Made by a program: the position numbers and the translations under genes. The notes beneath the pieces were generated by a model. That model did no database searches. It was given only the letters and a program-made list of their open reading frames with translations, and was not told where the DNA came from. Shown here one piece after another: positions 1 through 7,669 of a stretch of 34,145 nt of DNA. The stretch's first letter is position 1, and every line of letters begins with the position of its first letter. This DNA comes from a virus (Duplodnaviria > Caudoviricetes), in IMG/VR virus record IMGVR_UViG_3300010362_000061, positions 1 through 34,145 of that record. One strand, given 5' to 3'.

Positions 1-1319
1 CCCGACCCGGCGTAGAGGGTGCCCGCGTTGACGGCGTTATAAGCGGCGGCCCCCGTCCCGCCACCACGGCCGCCGAGCCCACCCTGCCCCCCACCGGAGT
101 ACCCGCCCCCGCCTTTGCCCCCGTGTCCGCCGCCCCCGCCCCCGCTGCCCGCGCCGTTGGTGTTGTCGTAGGTGCTGCCGCCCTGGCCGCCGGATGTCCC
201 GCCCCCGGTGCCGCCGCGGACGCCCAAGGACGAGTTACCGGGCGCCCCGGCGCCCCCGGCGTAGCCCAGTCCGCTGCCGGAGAAGTCCCCCGCGATGGTG
301 CAGTCCTGCTGGACGTAGATGTGGGTGACCCCGGCGAAGGTGGCCCCGGTGTTGATGGTGAGGTTGCGGTACTGGTAGGTGCCGTTGAAGTTCGACCCGG
401 CCCCGGCGACGGCGTCCCCGCCCGACCCGTTCCCGCCGTCGATGGAGGTGCCCAGGGCGTTCCCGCCCGTGCCCCCGTTCGACCCGCCCTGGCCCGCATT
501 GATGTCGTTCTGCGCCCACCCCGAGAGGTTGTCGTAGCCGGTCCCGCCCGTGCCCCCGGCGGCCGCCGCCGAGGCCGCCCCGGCGACCCCGTTGCCGTTG
601 TGGCCCGCCCCGCCCCCGCCCCCACCGCCACCCGGGCCGGAGGGCGTCGCGCCCGTCCCGCCGCCCCACGGGGGGCCGTAGACGCTGGCCTGGTTCGCGG
701 CAACCAGCGCCCCCGCCTGGATGTCGATGTAGCCGGTGGCCTTGATCCAGCACGGCGTGGCGGTGTTCACCGTCTGCCCCGCCCGGACCGTGAAGGTGGT
801 GAAGTTGTAGACGGAGAGGCCCATCCCGCCCCCGCCGTCCCAGGCCCCGTCCCCCCCGGTGCCGTAGTCCAGGGTGTTATCTTTCCCCGGACCGCCCGCC
901 CCGCCCGCGGCGCCCCTACAGGCGGTGGTCGGGCGGTCGTTCAGCCCCAAGGACGAGAGCGCGTCGCGCGTCCCGCCCCCGCCACCCCCGGTGCCCCCGG
1001 TCCCGGCGGCGCCGCCCACCCCGGACGTGCCGTGGCCCCCGCCACCCCCGCCCCCGCCCCCGTTCTTGTTGGCCGGGCTCCCGCCCGCGCCGCCCTCCGT
1101 GCCCGTCGTCCCGGGCGTCGGCTGGGCGAAGGCGATGGCCGCCCCGGCGGCGACGTAGACCGTCTCGGCGGCGATCACGGCGTCGCTGGCGAAGGTGAGC
1201 GTCCCCGCGTTCACCCGGAGGGCGCGGTAGTTCTTGTCCCCGGAGAGGGTCGTGTCGGTCGCGACGGTGAGGTCGCCGTCCAGCCCGCTGGACGGGGTGA
1301 GCCCGGCGGGGTAGGGCAT
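1..1319 (-). CDS. Glycine-rich virion/tail-associated protein, 3' end outside window (>439 aa); absent from the ORF track
   Basis: ATG at 1319 overlaps the upstream stop (TGATG). Hand translation MPYPAGLTPSSGLDGDLTVATDTTLSGDKNYRALRVNAG... stays open to position 1. Three beta-rich modules alternate with poly-Gly tracts ending in GH(G/N). Confidence 0.8.
   Translation of the reverse strand, partial: MPYPAGLTPSSGLDGDLTVATDTTLSGDKNYRALRVNAGTLTFASDAVIAAETVYVAAGAAIAFAQPTPGTTGTEGGAGGSPANKNGGGGGGGGGHGTSGVGGAAGTGGTGGGGGGTRDALSSLGLNDRPTTACRGAAGGAGGPGKDNTLDYGTGGDGAWDGGGGMGLSVYNFTTFTVRAGQTVNTATPCWIKATGYIDIQAGALVAANQASVYGPPWGGGTGATPSGPGGGGGGGGAGHNGNGVAGAASAAAAGGTGGTGYDNLSGWAQNDINAGQGGSNGGTGGNALGTSIDGGNGSGGDAVAGAGSNFNGTYQYRNLTINTGATFAGVTHIYVQQDCTIAGDFSGSGLGYAGGAGAPGNSSLGVRGGTGGGTSGGQGGSTYDNTNGAGSGGGGGGHGGKGGGGYSGGGQGGLGGRGGGTGAAAYNAVNAGTLYAGS
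1278..1293. repeat. Dispersed 16-bp palindrome copy (GTCCAGCCCGCTGGAC)
   Basis: Matches GTCYAGCNNGCTRGAC; inside a CDS, encodes SSGLD. Confidence 0.7.
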
Positions 1320-2269
1320 CAGCCGTACACCACGGACACGTCGATGGCCGAGGCGGTGCCGGTGTACTTCGCCCCGGCGGCCGCCTCGGTGGCGTCGTTG
1401 CGCTGGAGGGCCAGGTGGACGACGTCCCCCGGCTGGGGGAGGCCGGTCGTCCAGGCGACGGCGGTGCGGCTGTGGAGCCACGCCCCGCCGGGCGCGTCGG
1501 CGGTGGCCGTCGCCACCTGGGCCCACGCCTGGGTCAGGTCGCCGCCCACCGGGGTGACCCGGGCCAGGAGCGTCCAGTTCACCTTGCCCGTCCCCGCCGG
1601 GCACGTCCAGGTCACCTGGGCCGTGATCGGGACCCCCTGCCCGCAGGTGAAGGGGGCGACGCTCATCAGGCTGCACAGGTCGTTCCCCGCCGGGCGGAAG
1701 CCCAGCGTCCACACCGAGGACGACCCGAGGGCGATCTCCTGGAGTTGGGCCTGCCCCGCCCCCTGGGTCGTGCGCCACGACAGGGGGGCGGCCAGCATGG
1801 ACGGCGGCCCCAGCCCCGTGGGAGCCCCCGACCCGGAGCGCAGGTACAGCTTGTCCCCGGGGCCGAGGTACAACGCGCCCAGACCCAGCCCCGGGGCGGC
1901 CGGGGCGGCGCCCTGGAGGGCCAGCATCAGGGGCTGGTTGAGCCGCTTCACCCCGTTGACCGTCTGGTCGGCGGTGGTATTGACCGCGCTGTAGATCGCG
2001 GCGGCGGTGGCCGCCCACCAGCGGAAGTCGTCGCCCGATACCTGGATGTCGCCCGGCGTCTGGGGCGCCGTCGCCGTCCCGATGCGGTTGATCGGCAGGC
2101 CCCGCCCGGTGCCGTGGGCGTGGTCCTCCACCGCCCGGGCGAGGCGCCAGATGTCCCGGGGGTCGAGGTCGTCCTCGGTGTCGTTGGCGAGGGCGAAGGG
2201 CTCGCCCCCCGCGCCATAGTTCACCGACAATTCCTTCGTCGGCCCGGGGTAGACGGGGAGCGAGCCCAT
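1319..2269 (-). CDS. Putative tail/virion structural protein (316 aa)
   Basis: Strong SD (AGAGGAGGAAGG) upstream; follows the nozzle-like gene; HxH motif (DHAHGTGRGLPI) and a beta-rich C-terminal domain. Confidence 0.65.
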   Translation of the reverse strand: MGSLPVYPGPTKELSVNYGAGGEPFALANDTEDDLDPRDIWRLARAVEDHAHGTGRGLPINRIGTATAPQTPGDIQVSGDDFRWWAATAAAIYSAVNTTADQTVNGVKRLNQPLMLALQGAAPAAPGLGLGALYLGPGDKLYLRSGSGAPTGLGPPSMLAAPLSWRTTQGAGQAQLQEIALGSSSVWTLGFRPAGNDLCSLMSVAPFTCGQGVPITAQVTWTCPAGTGKVNWTLLARVTPVGGDLTQAWAQVATATADAPGGAWLHSRTAVAWTTGLPQPGDVVHLALQRNDATEAAAGAKYTGTASAIDVSVVYG

Positions 2270-2283
2270 CCCTTCCTCCTCTT

Positions 2284-4479
2284 TTAGAAGCTGGTCAGGT
2301 CGCCGTACTTGTGGTTCAGGAGGTCGCCGTACTTCTTGCCGAAGAGGCGCTGGTACGTCCCGTACGTGCCCCCGGTGCTGTCCTCGGCCACCTGAATCTT
2401 GATCCCCGAGGCCCAGCGTTCCTGGCGTTCATACCATCCGATCGCCTCGCCGTAGCCGATGATGCTGACCAGCTTGACGTCCTCGTCGGGCAGGATCAGC
2501 CTGACCATCCGCCCGGTGTCCGCGATCTCCCGGACGTGGTCGCGCAGGCGCTTGGCCCCCCGGCGCAGCGGCGTCCCGTCCCGGCAGATCAGCCCGTCCT
2601 CGGCCAGGACGATGAAGGAGTAGACCTGGACGAGGTCGGTCACCAGGCGCCAGCGCAGGGAGAAGGTGGTGACCAGCGGCGACTCCAGGTCGGTGGCGTT
2701 GTGCAACTCGATCCGAAAGGCGGCGTAGTAGCACTGGGTGGCGTCGGGGAACATCGCCCGCTCGCTGGGGGCGGTGTCGAAGTTGGAGCCCAGCCCGATC
2801 CAGGGCATCCCGAAGCTGGAGTCGGGGGTGACCGGGTCGAGGCGGTAGCTGACCGTGGCGTAGTTCTGGCCGTCGAGGTGCTCCCCGGCGACGGCGGCGT
2901 AGCGTAGGGGCTTGATCGAGGAGGGGAACCCGCCGTGCCAGTTGGGGAAGACGACCCAGGAGTCCTCGGTCGACCAGCGGTACTGGGCGCAGGCCGCCGG
3001 GTCGGGGACGCAGGGCAGGACGAACCAGCCCCAGGAGCCGTCCCGGTAGCCGATGTACATCCGGTGGTGCCCGTCCGGCGCCCGGTAGGACGACTGGAAG
3101 AGCGACGTGATCCGGTTGCTCCCCACCGGGTAGCTGATCGAGCCGTGCCACGCCTCGATCCACTTCGGCTGGCCGTTGTCGTCGGGCTTGGTCGCGCCCC
3201 ACTTCATCAGGAAGGCGGCGTCGGCGTCGGCGTCCCACATCCCGGCGTAGCCGTGGAAGTTGGCGTGCCCGGCGAAGGCGGTGATCCGCCCCCGGACGGG
3301 GCCGCTGACGGTGCCCACCCGGTTCGGCCCCACCTCCTCGATGCCGAAGTCGGTGTCGATCCGGTAGAACGCCTCCCCGTAGCGCACCAGGACGTCGTTC
3401 ATGAAGGCGCCCCAGTTCGCCCCGTCCCCCGCCTGGGGGCCGAACTGGAGGAAGGGGAAGTAGTGGATGTTCTCCCCGGCGGCGTCCACCGAGTAGACCC
3501 CGTCCTGCTTGAAGACGATCAGCACCCCCTTGGCGTTGGGCGTCAGCGCCGTGACCGAGGCGGTGCGGTCCCCGATCAGGTACTGGTTCTCCGCCCGCCA
3601 GTTGGTCGCGTTCCAGGGGTCGGTGTCCGTGTCCACGCTGCTGATCTGGTTGCGCCCGTTGGCCCGGTAGAGGTCGCGCCCGATGACGCAGAAGGCCCGC
3701 GCGGTCAGGCTGGCGTGCTGGACGAGGGTCGTGCCGTCGAACCGCCACATCGGGACGTCGCGGTAGTTGCCCCCCTGGTCTGGTGGCGGGGCCGCCAGCG
3801 GCACCGGTAGCTGCTCCGGGGCCTCCCCGGCCACCGGGACGACCTCCGTGCCGGGGTAGAGGCCGCTGGTGTCCAGGACGGCGATGTAGGCGTAGGGCGG
3901 CACGGTGTCGGCGTAGAAGTTGCTGCTGAAGACGGCCACGTCCACCGCCCAGCGGTTGGCCCCGAAGTCCCCGACCTGGGTGACCCCGGTGTCGTCGTCC
4001 ACCCGGTAGAGGTAGCGCCCGTTGAGGTAGTACAGCTTCCCGGAGAGGTCGAAGAACTTGGTGACCCCCACCACCGCGTCCCGCGTGGCCGGGGTGTTGC
4101 GGGTGATCCTCGGCCCCTTCATGGCGAGCCGGGAGGCGACGGAGCAGTCGGCGTTGATCGCCCAGCGGTAGCGTTGCTCGCTCCGGGTGGGGTCCTCGTC
4201 CTCCACGGACAGGCCCATCCCCAGGTGGAAGGTGCGCCAGGACTGGGTCCGCCCGAAGACCGGGTTGGTGGCGTTCTCCCCAAAATCAGTAGGGGCTACT
4301 TGCGCTTGATCCTCGGGTTTCTGCGCTTGTACTGACGGGGCGCCCTTCTTCGACGTGGCTCCCAGGATGAGGCCGACCTCATCGAGCACCGCATGAAACG
4401 GGTATGGCCTGACCCTCGCCAGTCCCCGCTTGAACACGAGCAAGGAGTGCGCGTGCGCTGGGACCAGCGCCGTCGCCAT
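2284..4479 (-). CDS. Putative tail nozzle / tail tubular protein B-like (beta-propeller-rich, 731 aa)
   Basis: Size, short beta-strand aromatic-rich blades (GKLYYLNGRYLYRV, GVLIVFKQDGVYSV, RMYIGYRDG) and position after an adaptor-like gene fit podoviral P22 gp10/T7 gp12-type proteins; function inferred. SD GGCGGAG upstream. Confidence 0.6.
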   Translation of the reverse strand: MATALVPAHAHSLLVFKRGLARVRPYPFHAVLDEVGLILGATSKKGAPSVQAQKPEDQAQVAPTDFGENATNPVFGRTQSWRTFHLGMGLSVEDEDPTRSEQRYRWAINADCSVASRLAMKGPRITRNTPATRDAVVGVTKFFDLSGKLYYLNGRYLYRVDDDTGVTQVGDFGANRWAVDVAVFSSNFYADTVPPYAYIAVLDTSGLYPGTEVVPVAGEAPEQLPVPLAAPPPDQGGNYRDVPMWRFDGTTLVQHASLTARAFCVIGRDLYRANGRNQISSVDTDTDPWNATNWRAENQYLIGDRTASVTALTPNAKGVLIVFKQDGVYSVDAAGENIHYFPFLQFGPQAGDGANWGAFMNDVLVRYGEAFYRIDTDFGIEEVGPNRVGTVSGPVRGRITAFAGHANFHGYAGMWDADADAAFLMKWGATKPDDNGQPKWIEAWHGSISYPVGSNRITSLFQSSYRAPDGHHRMYIGYRDGSWGWFVLPCVPDPAACAQYRWSTEDSWVVFPNWHGGFPSSIKPLRYAAVAGEHLDGQNYATVSYRLDPVTPDSSFGMPWIGLGSNFDTAPSERAMFPDATQCYYAAFRIELHNATDLESPLVTTFSLRWRLVTDLVQVYSFIVLAEDGLICRDGTPLRRGAKRLRDHVREIADTGRMVRLILPDEDVKLVSIIGYGEAIGWYERQERWASGIKIQVAEDSTGGTYGTYQRLFGKKYGDLLNHKYGDLTSF

Positions 4480-4480
4480 C

Positions 4481-4560
4481 TGTTACGCTCCGCCCACAAC
4501 GAAATGCCCCCGCACTGCTGTAACAGCCGGGGGCACGGCACAGGAGGGCAAGCTCCCATG
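4481..4560 (+). promoter_or_regulatory. Extended -10 (TGTTACGCT) plus two-hairpin structured leader of the HNH gene
   Basis: CCCCCG-CA-CTG-CTGTAA-CAG-C-CGGGGG hairpin (4507-4533), then CGGCAC-AGGAG-N6-CTCC pairing over the SD; same architecture at 31669-31752. Confidence 0.7.
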
Positions 4561-5034
4561 CGTCACCAGCATACCTGCAAAGAAACCGTGCTCCGTGTCT
4601 TTGAGCGGTGTCTTCCCGAGGGAGACTGCTTGCTCTGGCAGGGCGCCCACACTCCCTATGGACACGGCCTCATCGGTACTCATCGTCGCCTCAGCTATAC
4701 CCACCACGTAGTGGCCGTCTATTGTTGGGGGCCGAAAGAGGGCTGGGACGCACCACAGATCAACCACACCTGCGACCGACCAGCGTGTTGCAATCCGGCG
4801 CACCTGTACATCGGGACCCAGCAACACAACATCGCTGACACATCGCTCCGCGGTCGTCATCCTACTAAGCTGACTCCCGCGGCGGTACTCGAAGCCCGCG
4901 CACTGCATCGCTCCGGTTGGTCCATCTTGGCGTTAGCCCGTCGCTACGGTGTGAGCCCTACTCCCATGCACAATGCGGTGGTCGGAAAGACCTGGAGCCA
5001 TCTCAGTAAGCCGCCGCCATCCACCCAGACTTGA
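4558..5034 (+). CDS. Free-standing HNH endonuclease (HNH_3-like) with C-terminal HTH, 158 aa
   Basis: CLLWQG...YGHG...THHV...INHTCDRPACCNPAHLYIGTQQHN; C-terminal TKLTPAAVLEAR...ALARRYGVSPT helix-turn-helix; SD AGGAGG at 4542-4547 favours ATG 4558 over the track start 4393; lower GC than flanks. Confidence 0.9.
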   Translation: MRHQHTCKETVLRVFERCLPEGDCLLWQGAHTPYGHGLIGTHRRLSYTHHVVAVYCWGPKEGWDAPQINHTCDRPACCNPAHLYIGTQQHNIADTSLRGRHPTKLTPAAVLEARALHRSGWSILALARRYGVSPTPMHNAVVGKTWSHLSKPPPSTQT

Positions 5035-5983
5035 TCGGGGCAAGCAACGTATATTCAGGTAACTGAAAATACTGTTGAGTAAGCGTAGTGACGACGTTCG
5101 CCCACTTCTGTTGATTTGCTTCCGATTCCGATCTGTTACCTGCTGCAACAACATCTCCAAATTCGTTCCAAAAATCGCACATCGCCATGGCCGCCACCCA
5201 GTCGGGGGCGGCGATGGACTGGTGGCCCTCAGCCGAGAGCCCGCTCTGCTCCCCGAAGGTGCCCGCCTCCGAGGCCCGGCAGTAGTCATAGCAGCGCCGG
5301 ATGCAGCGCACGACCAGCACCTGGTCGGCGTTGTACCAGGGGTAGTTCTGCCAGCGGAGGAACATCTGCCGCCCCTGCTGCTCCACGAACCCCCGGAAGG
5401 TGGGCTGGCTCATGTCGATCTCGGCCGGGTTGTCCACCGTCGTCCGGTCGACGAAGCACGCCGCCCGCACCCAGCGCCGGTCGAGCAGCCACGGGGCGTA
5501 GGGGGTCAGGTCGACCGTCCGCTTCCCGTCGGTCGGGATGCCCAGGACCAGGTGGTCGACCAGCATACACCGCTTGAGGGCCTCGTTGATGAAGTCGAGC
5601 ATCTGCGCCCAGGGCTCGATCACCCCGTGCAACTCGTACCGCTCGTCGGTCACCGGCACCGTCGCCCACGGGCTGTCCGGCCGGAGCGTCCCAGTCCCCG
5701 GGTCGTAGCCCCGCTCCTGGACGACCCGCACCCGGTCGCGGGCGTCCGTCGCCTCCGGCCGGAGCAGCCACTTCCCGGTGTAGAGGTCGGACTGGTCGAG
5801 CGAGGAGCGGACGGGGTACTTGGCGTCCTGGAGGTAGGTCGTGGACGCGGCGTTCACCGTCGAGGCGACGAAGTTGCCAGTCTCTTCACTGATGCGGCGT
5901 CGATATTGCCCGAGGGTAACCCCCGCTCCTCCGAGTGCGGGATCGGGAGGCGCAATAGCAATGGGGCTCAGGACGATGGGGAT
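5003..5983 (-). CDS. Putative head-tail adaptor / tail tubular protein A-like (about 326 aa, probable ATC start)
   Basis: Frame is open upstream of the track GTG (5857) through VTLGQYRRRISEETG; strong SD AAGGGAGGTGA at 5988-5998 is spaced for ATC at 5983; position upstream of the nozzle-like gene; function inferred. Confidence 0.55.
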   Translation of the reverse strand: MPIVLSPIAIAPPDPALGGAGVTLGQYRRRISEETGNFVASTVNAASTTYLQDAKYPVRSSLDQSDLYTGKWLLRPEATDARDRVRVVQERGYDPGTGTLRPDSPWATVPVTDERYELHGVIEPWAQMLDFINEALKRCMLVDHLVLGIPTDGKRTVDLTPYAPWLLDRRWVRAACFVDRTTVDNPAEIDMSQPTFRGFVEQQGRQMFLRWQNYPWYNADQVLVVRCIRRCYDYCRASEAGTFGEQSGLSAEGHQSIAAPDWVAAMAMCDFWNEFGDVVAAGNRSESEANQQKWANVVTTLTQQYFQLPEYTLLAPIKSGWMAAAY

Positions 5984-5987
5984 GGCG

Positions 5988-6260
5988 TCACCTCCCTTGC
6001 CGGATCACCGGGGCGGCCGCCCCGTTGTCTAGCTGGCTGGACGACCCGGGCGCCGGGCCGGGGACGATCTGGGCCTCCCCGCAGGACAGATGCCAGTTGC
6101 CCTCCACGATCCAGCGGGGGTACTTGAGCCCGGCCACCAGTCCCCGGAAGAAGGCGTTGCCCTCCTGGGAGCGGATCGCCGCCATCAGCAGTTGGCCCAC
6201 GGCCTCCCCGTCCAGGACGATGGGTTCGGCGTCTACCCCGCTCGATGGCTGCTGACTCAT
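5988..6260 (-). CDS. Hypothetical protein (90 aa)
   Basis: ATG at 6260 overlaps the tail-fibre stop (ATGA); MSQQPSSGVDAEPIVLDGEAVGQLL... Confidence 0.75.
   Translation of the reverse strand: MSQQPSSGVDAEPIVLDGEAVGQLLMAAIRSQEGNAFFRGLVAGLKYPRWIVEGNWHLSCGEAQIVPGPAPGSSSQLDNGAAAPVIRQGR
6027..6042. repeat. Dispersed 16-bp palindrome copy (GTCTAGCTGGCTGGAC)
   Basis: Matches consensus; forces a CTA Leu codon that is rare in this window. Confidence 0.8.
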
Positions 6261-7669
6261 GCTTGTACTCCCAGGTGACTCTCTAGGGCCGCCACGCGAC
6301 GGAGCAGTTCTTGGAGAGCACAGAGGACAACCGTCGCCGTATTTTGTGCATTGACCGACTGGTCGTCCATCACCAGCAGGGGGTCGGTCGTGGCCGCGTC
6401 GTACCCGGCGTGTTCGAAGGCCGCCGCCGGGTTCGCCAGCGGCTCGACCACTTCGGCACCTTCGACCGGTTCCGGTGGCGGAGGCTGCTTGTAGTTGAAC
6501 AGGATCACGTCCGTGGTGCGGACGGCTTCCAGCGCCAGGGCAGGATCGAGGGAACGGACGTTCTCCTTCATGTCCAGGGAGGAGGTCTGGATGGTGCCGT
6601 TGACGGCGTAGACGGCGACCCAGCGGTTGCTCGGCCCACCACAGATACCGTTGTTGTCGGGGTACGGGGTGATGCTGCCGCCGGGGAACAGGCTCCCCGT
6701 CCACACCGGATCGGTCGTGCTGATCGCACGCTGCCCCGCGTCCGGGGTCAGGGTGAGGGTGCCGGTGGTGCCGTTGACCAGCATCCGGGTGCCCTTAGCG
6801 AAGTCGTACAGGAACCAATCCTTCGCCGCGGCGGAACCAGGGATGCCCATGATCCAACGGCCTGCGCTGGTGTCGTCCCGAATGAGGATGCTTCCTCCCT
6901 GTCCGGAGGCCGCCGAGGCCACGCCGATGTTCAGGCGGGTGCCCTGCATGTTGATGTCGCCAGTGGTGATCAGGCTGTACTGCCCCGCGTCCGGGGTCAG
7001 GGTGAGGGTGCCGGTCTGGGCGAGGGTCAGCCGGGTGGTGAAGGTCTGCACCGCCCCGGCCGCGACGGAGGGGGCGTTCAGGTACTGGAGGATGTTGCCG
7101 TTGAAGGAGAGGTAGCCGCCCCCCCCGGCGACGAGGCTGCGGAAGTTCGTCCCGTCGTAGTAGGTGTTGTCGGCGTGCCCCGCACCTTGGGCCGCCGCCG
7201 CGCCCCACAGGGACGCGGTCTGTCCCAAGGCGAGCGACCGGAAGCCGCTGGCCCACGCCGCCGGGTTGACCCCCACCCCCAGGTTCGTGTCCACCCGCAG
7301 GGCGCCCACCCCGGTGCGCTGGAGGGTCACGTCCCAGGAGGCGGCGTTCCCGGGGCCGAACTGGAGGTAGTCCTCCCCCAGGTCGGCCCGGGAGTAGGCG
7401 TCGGCCGTGCGCTTGACGGTCAGCTTGGGACTGGCCTTCGACACGACGAGGTCGCCCGTGAGGGTGCCCCCGGTCAGGGGGAGGTAGCTGCCCGCCGCGC
7501 CCCCGGAGGCCACCCACGCCGACCCGTTCCACCAGTACAGCGTGTTGTCCGTAGTGTTGTAGTACTGCTGCCCGGCGACGGGCGAGCCCGGGGCGGCCGC
7601 CAGTTGGTGGTGCCGCAGGTTGCGGGCCTCGTACTTCTGGAAGTCGAGGGCGTTCCCGAGCGTCGGCAT
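6257..7669 (-). CDS. Tail fibre / receptor-binding protein with C-terminal intramolecular chaperone (peptidase S74-like), 470 aa
   Basis: ATG 7669 in TGATG overlap (MPTLGNALDFQKYEARN); YLPLTGGTLTGDL fibre motif; C-terminal NGTIQTSSLDMKENV...HAGYDA...ALQELLRRVAALE resembles the S74 chaperone with Ser/Lys dyad and terminal coiled coil. Confidence 0.85.
   Translation of the reverse strand: MPTLGNALDFQKYEARNLRHHQLAAAPGSPVAGQQYYNTTDNTLYWWNGSAWVASGGAAGSYLPLTGGTLTGDLVVSKASPKLTVKRTADAYSRADLGEDYLQFGPGNAASWDVTLQRTGVGALRVDTNLGVGVNPAAWASGFRSLALGQTASLWGAAAAQGAGHADNTYYDGTNFRSLVAGGGGYLSFNGNILQYLNAPSVAAGAVQTFTTRLTLAQTGTLTLTPDAGQYSLITTGDINMQGTRLNIGVASAASGQGGSILIRDDTSAGRWIMGIPGSAAAKDWFLYDFAKGTRMLVNGTTGTLTLTPDAGQRAISTTDPVWTGSLFPGGSITPYPDNNGICGGPSNRWVAVYAVNGTIQTSSLDMKENVRSLDPALALEAVRTTDVILFNYKQPPPPEPVEGAEVVEPLANPAAAFEHAGYDAATTDPLLVMDDQSVNAQNTATVVLCALQELLRRVAALESHLGVQA
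6731..7015. repeat. 36-bp identical direct repeat pair (6731-6766 and 6980-7015) in the tail fibre gene
   Basis: ctgccccgcgtccggggtcagggtgagggtgccggt twice, 249 bp apart, encoding TGTLTLTPDAGQ. Confidence 0.9.

Noticed and set aside
1-1319. Mycobacterial PE_PGRS gene
   Set aside because: No PE domain; translationally coupled to phage tail genes; Gly tracts are interrupted by phage-type beta modules
123-1994. 623-aa plus-strand ORF and other long plus-strand ORFs (7828-10251, 16581-18623, 22887-26579, 26691-28793, 28775-31750)
   Set aside because: Antisense shadows of high-GC minus-strand genes; Arg/Pro/Gly/Ala-rich translations without recognisable motifs
4480-5034. HNH genes as group I intron- or intein-encoded, or as IS elements
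   Set aside because: Flanking genes are intact with their own starts and stops, the HNH ORFs are antisense and fill nearly the whole insert, and no intron core, terminal inverted repeats or target duplications are visible
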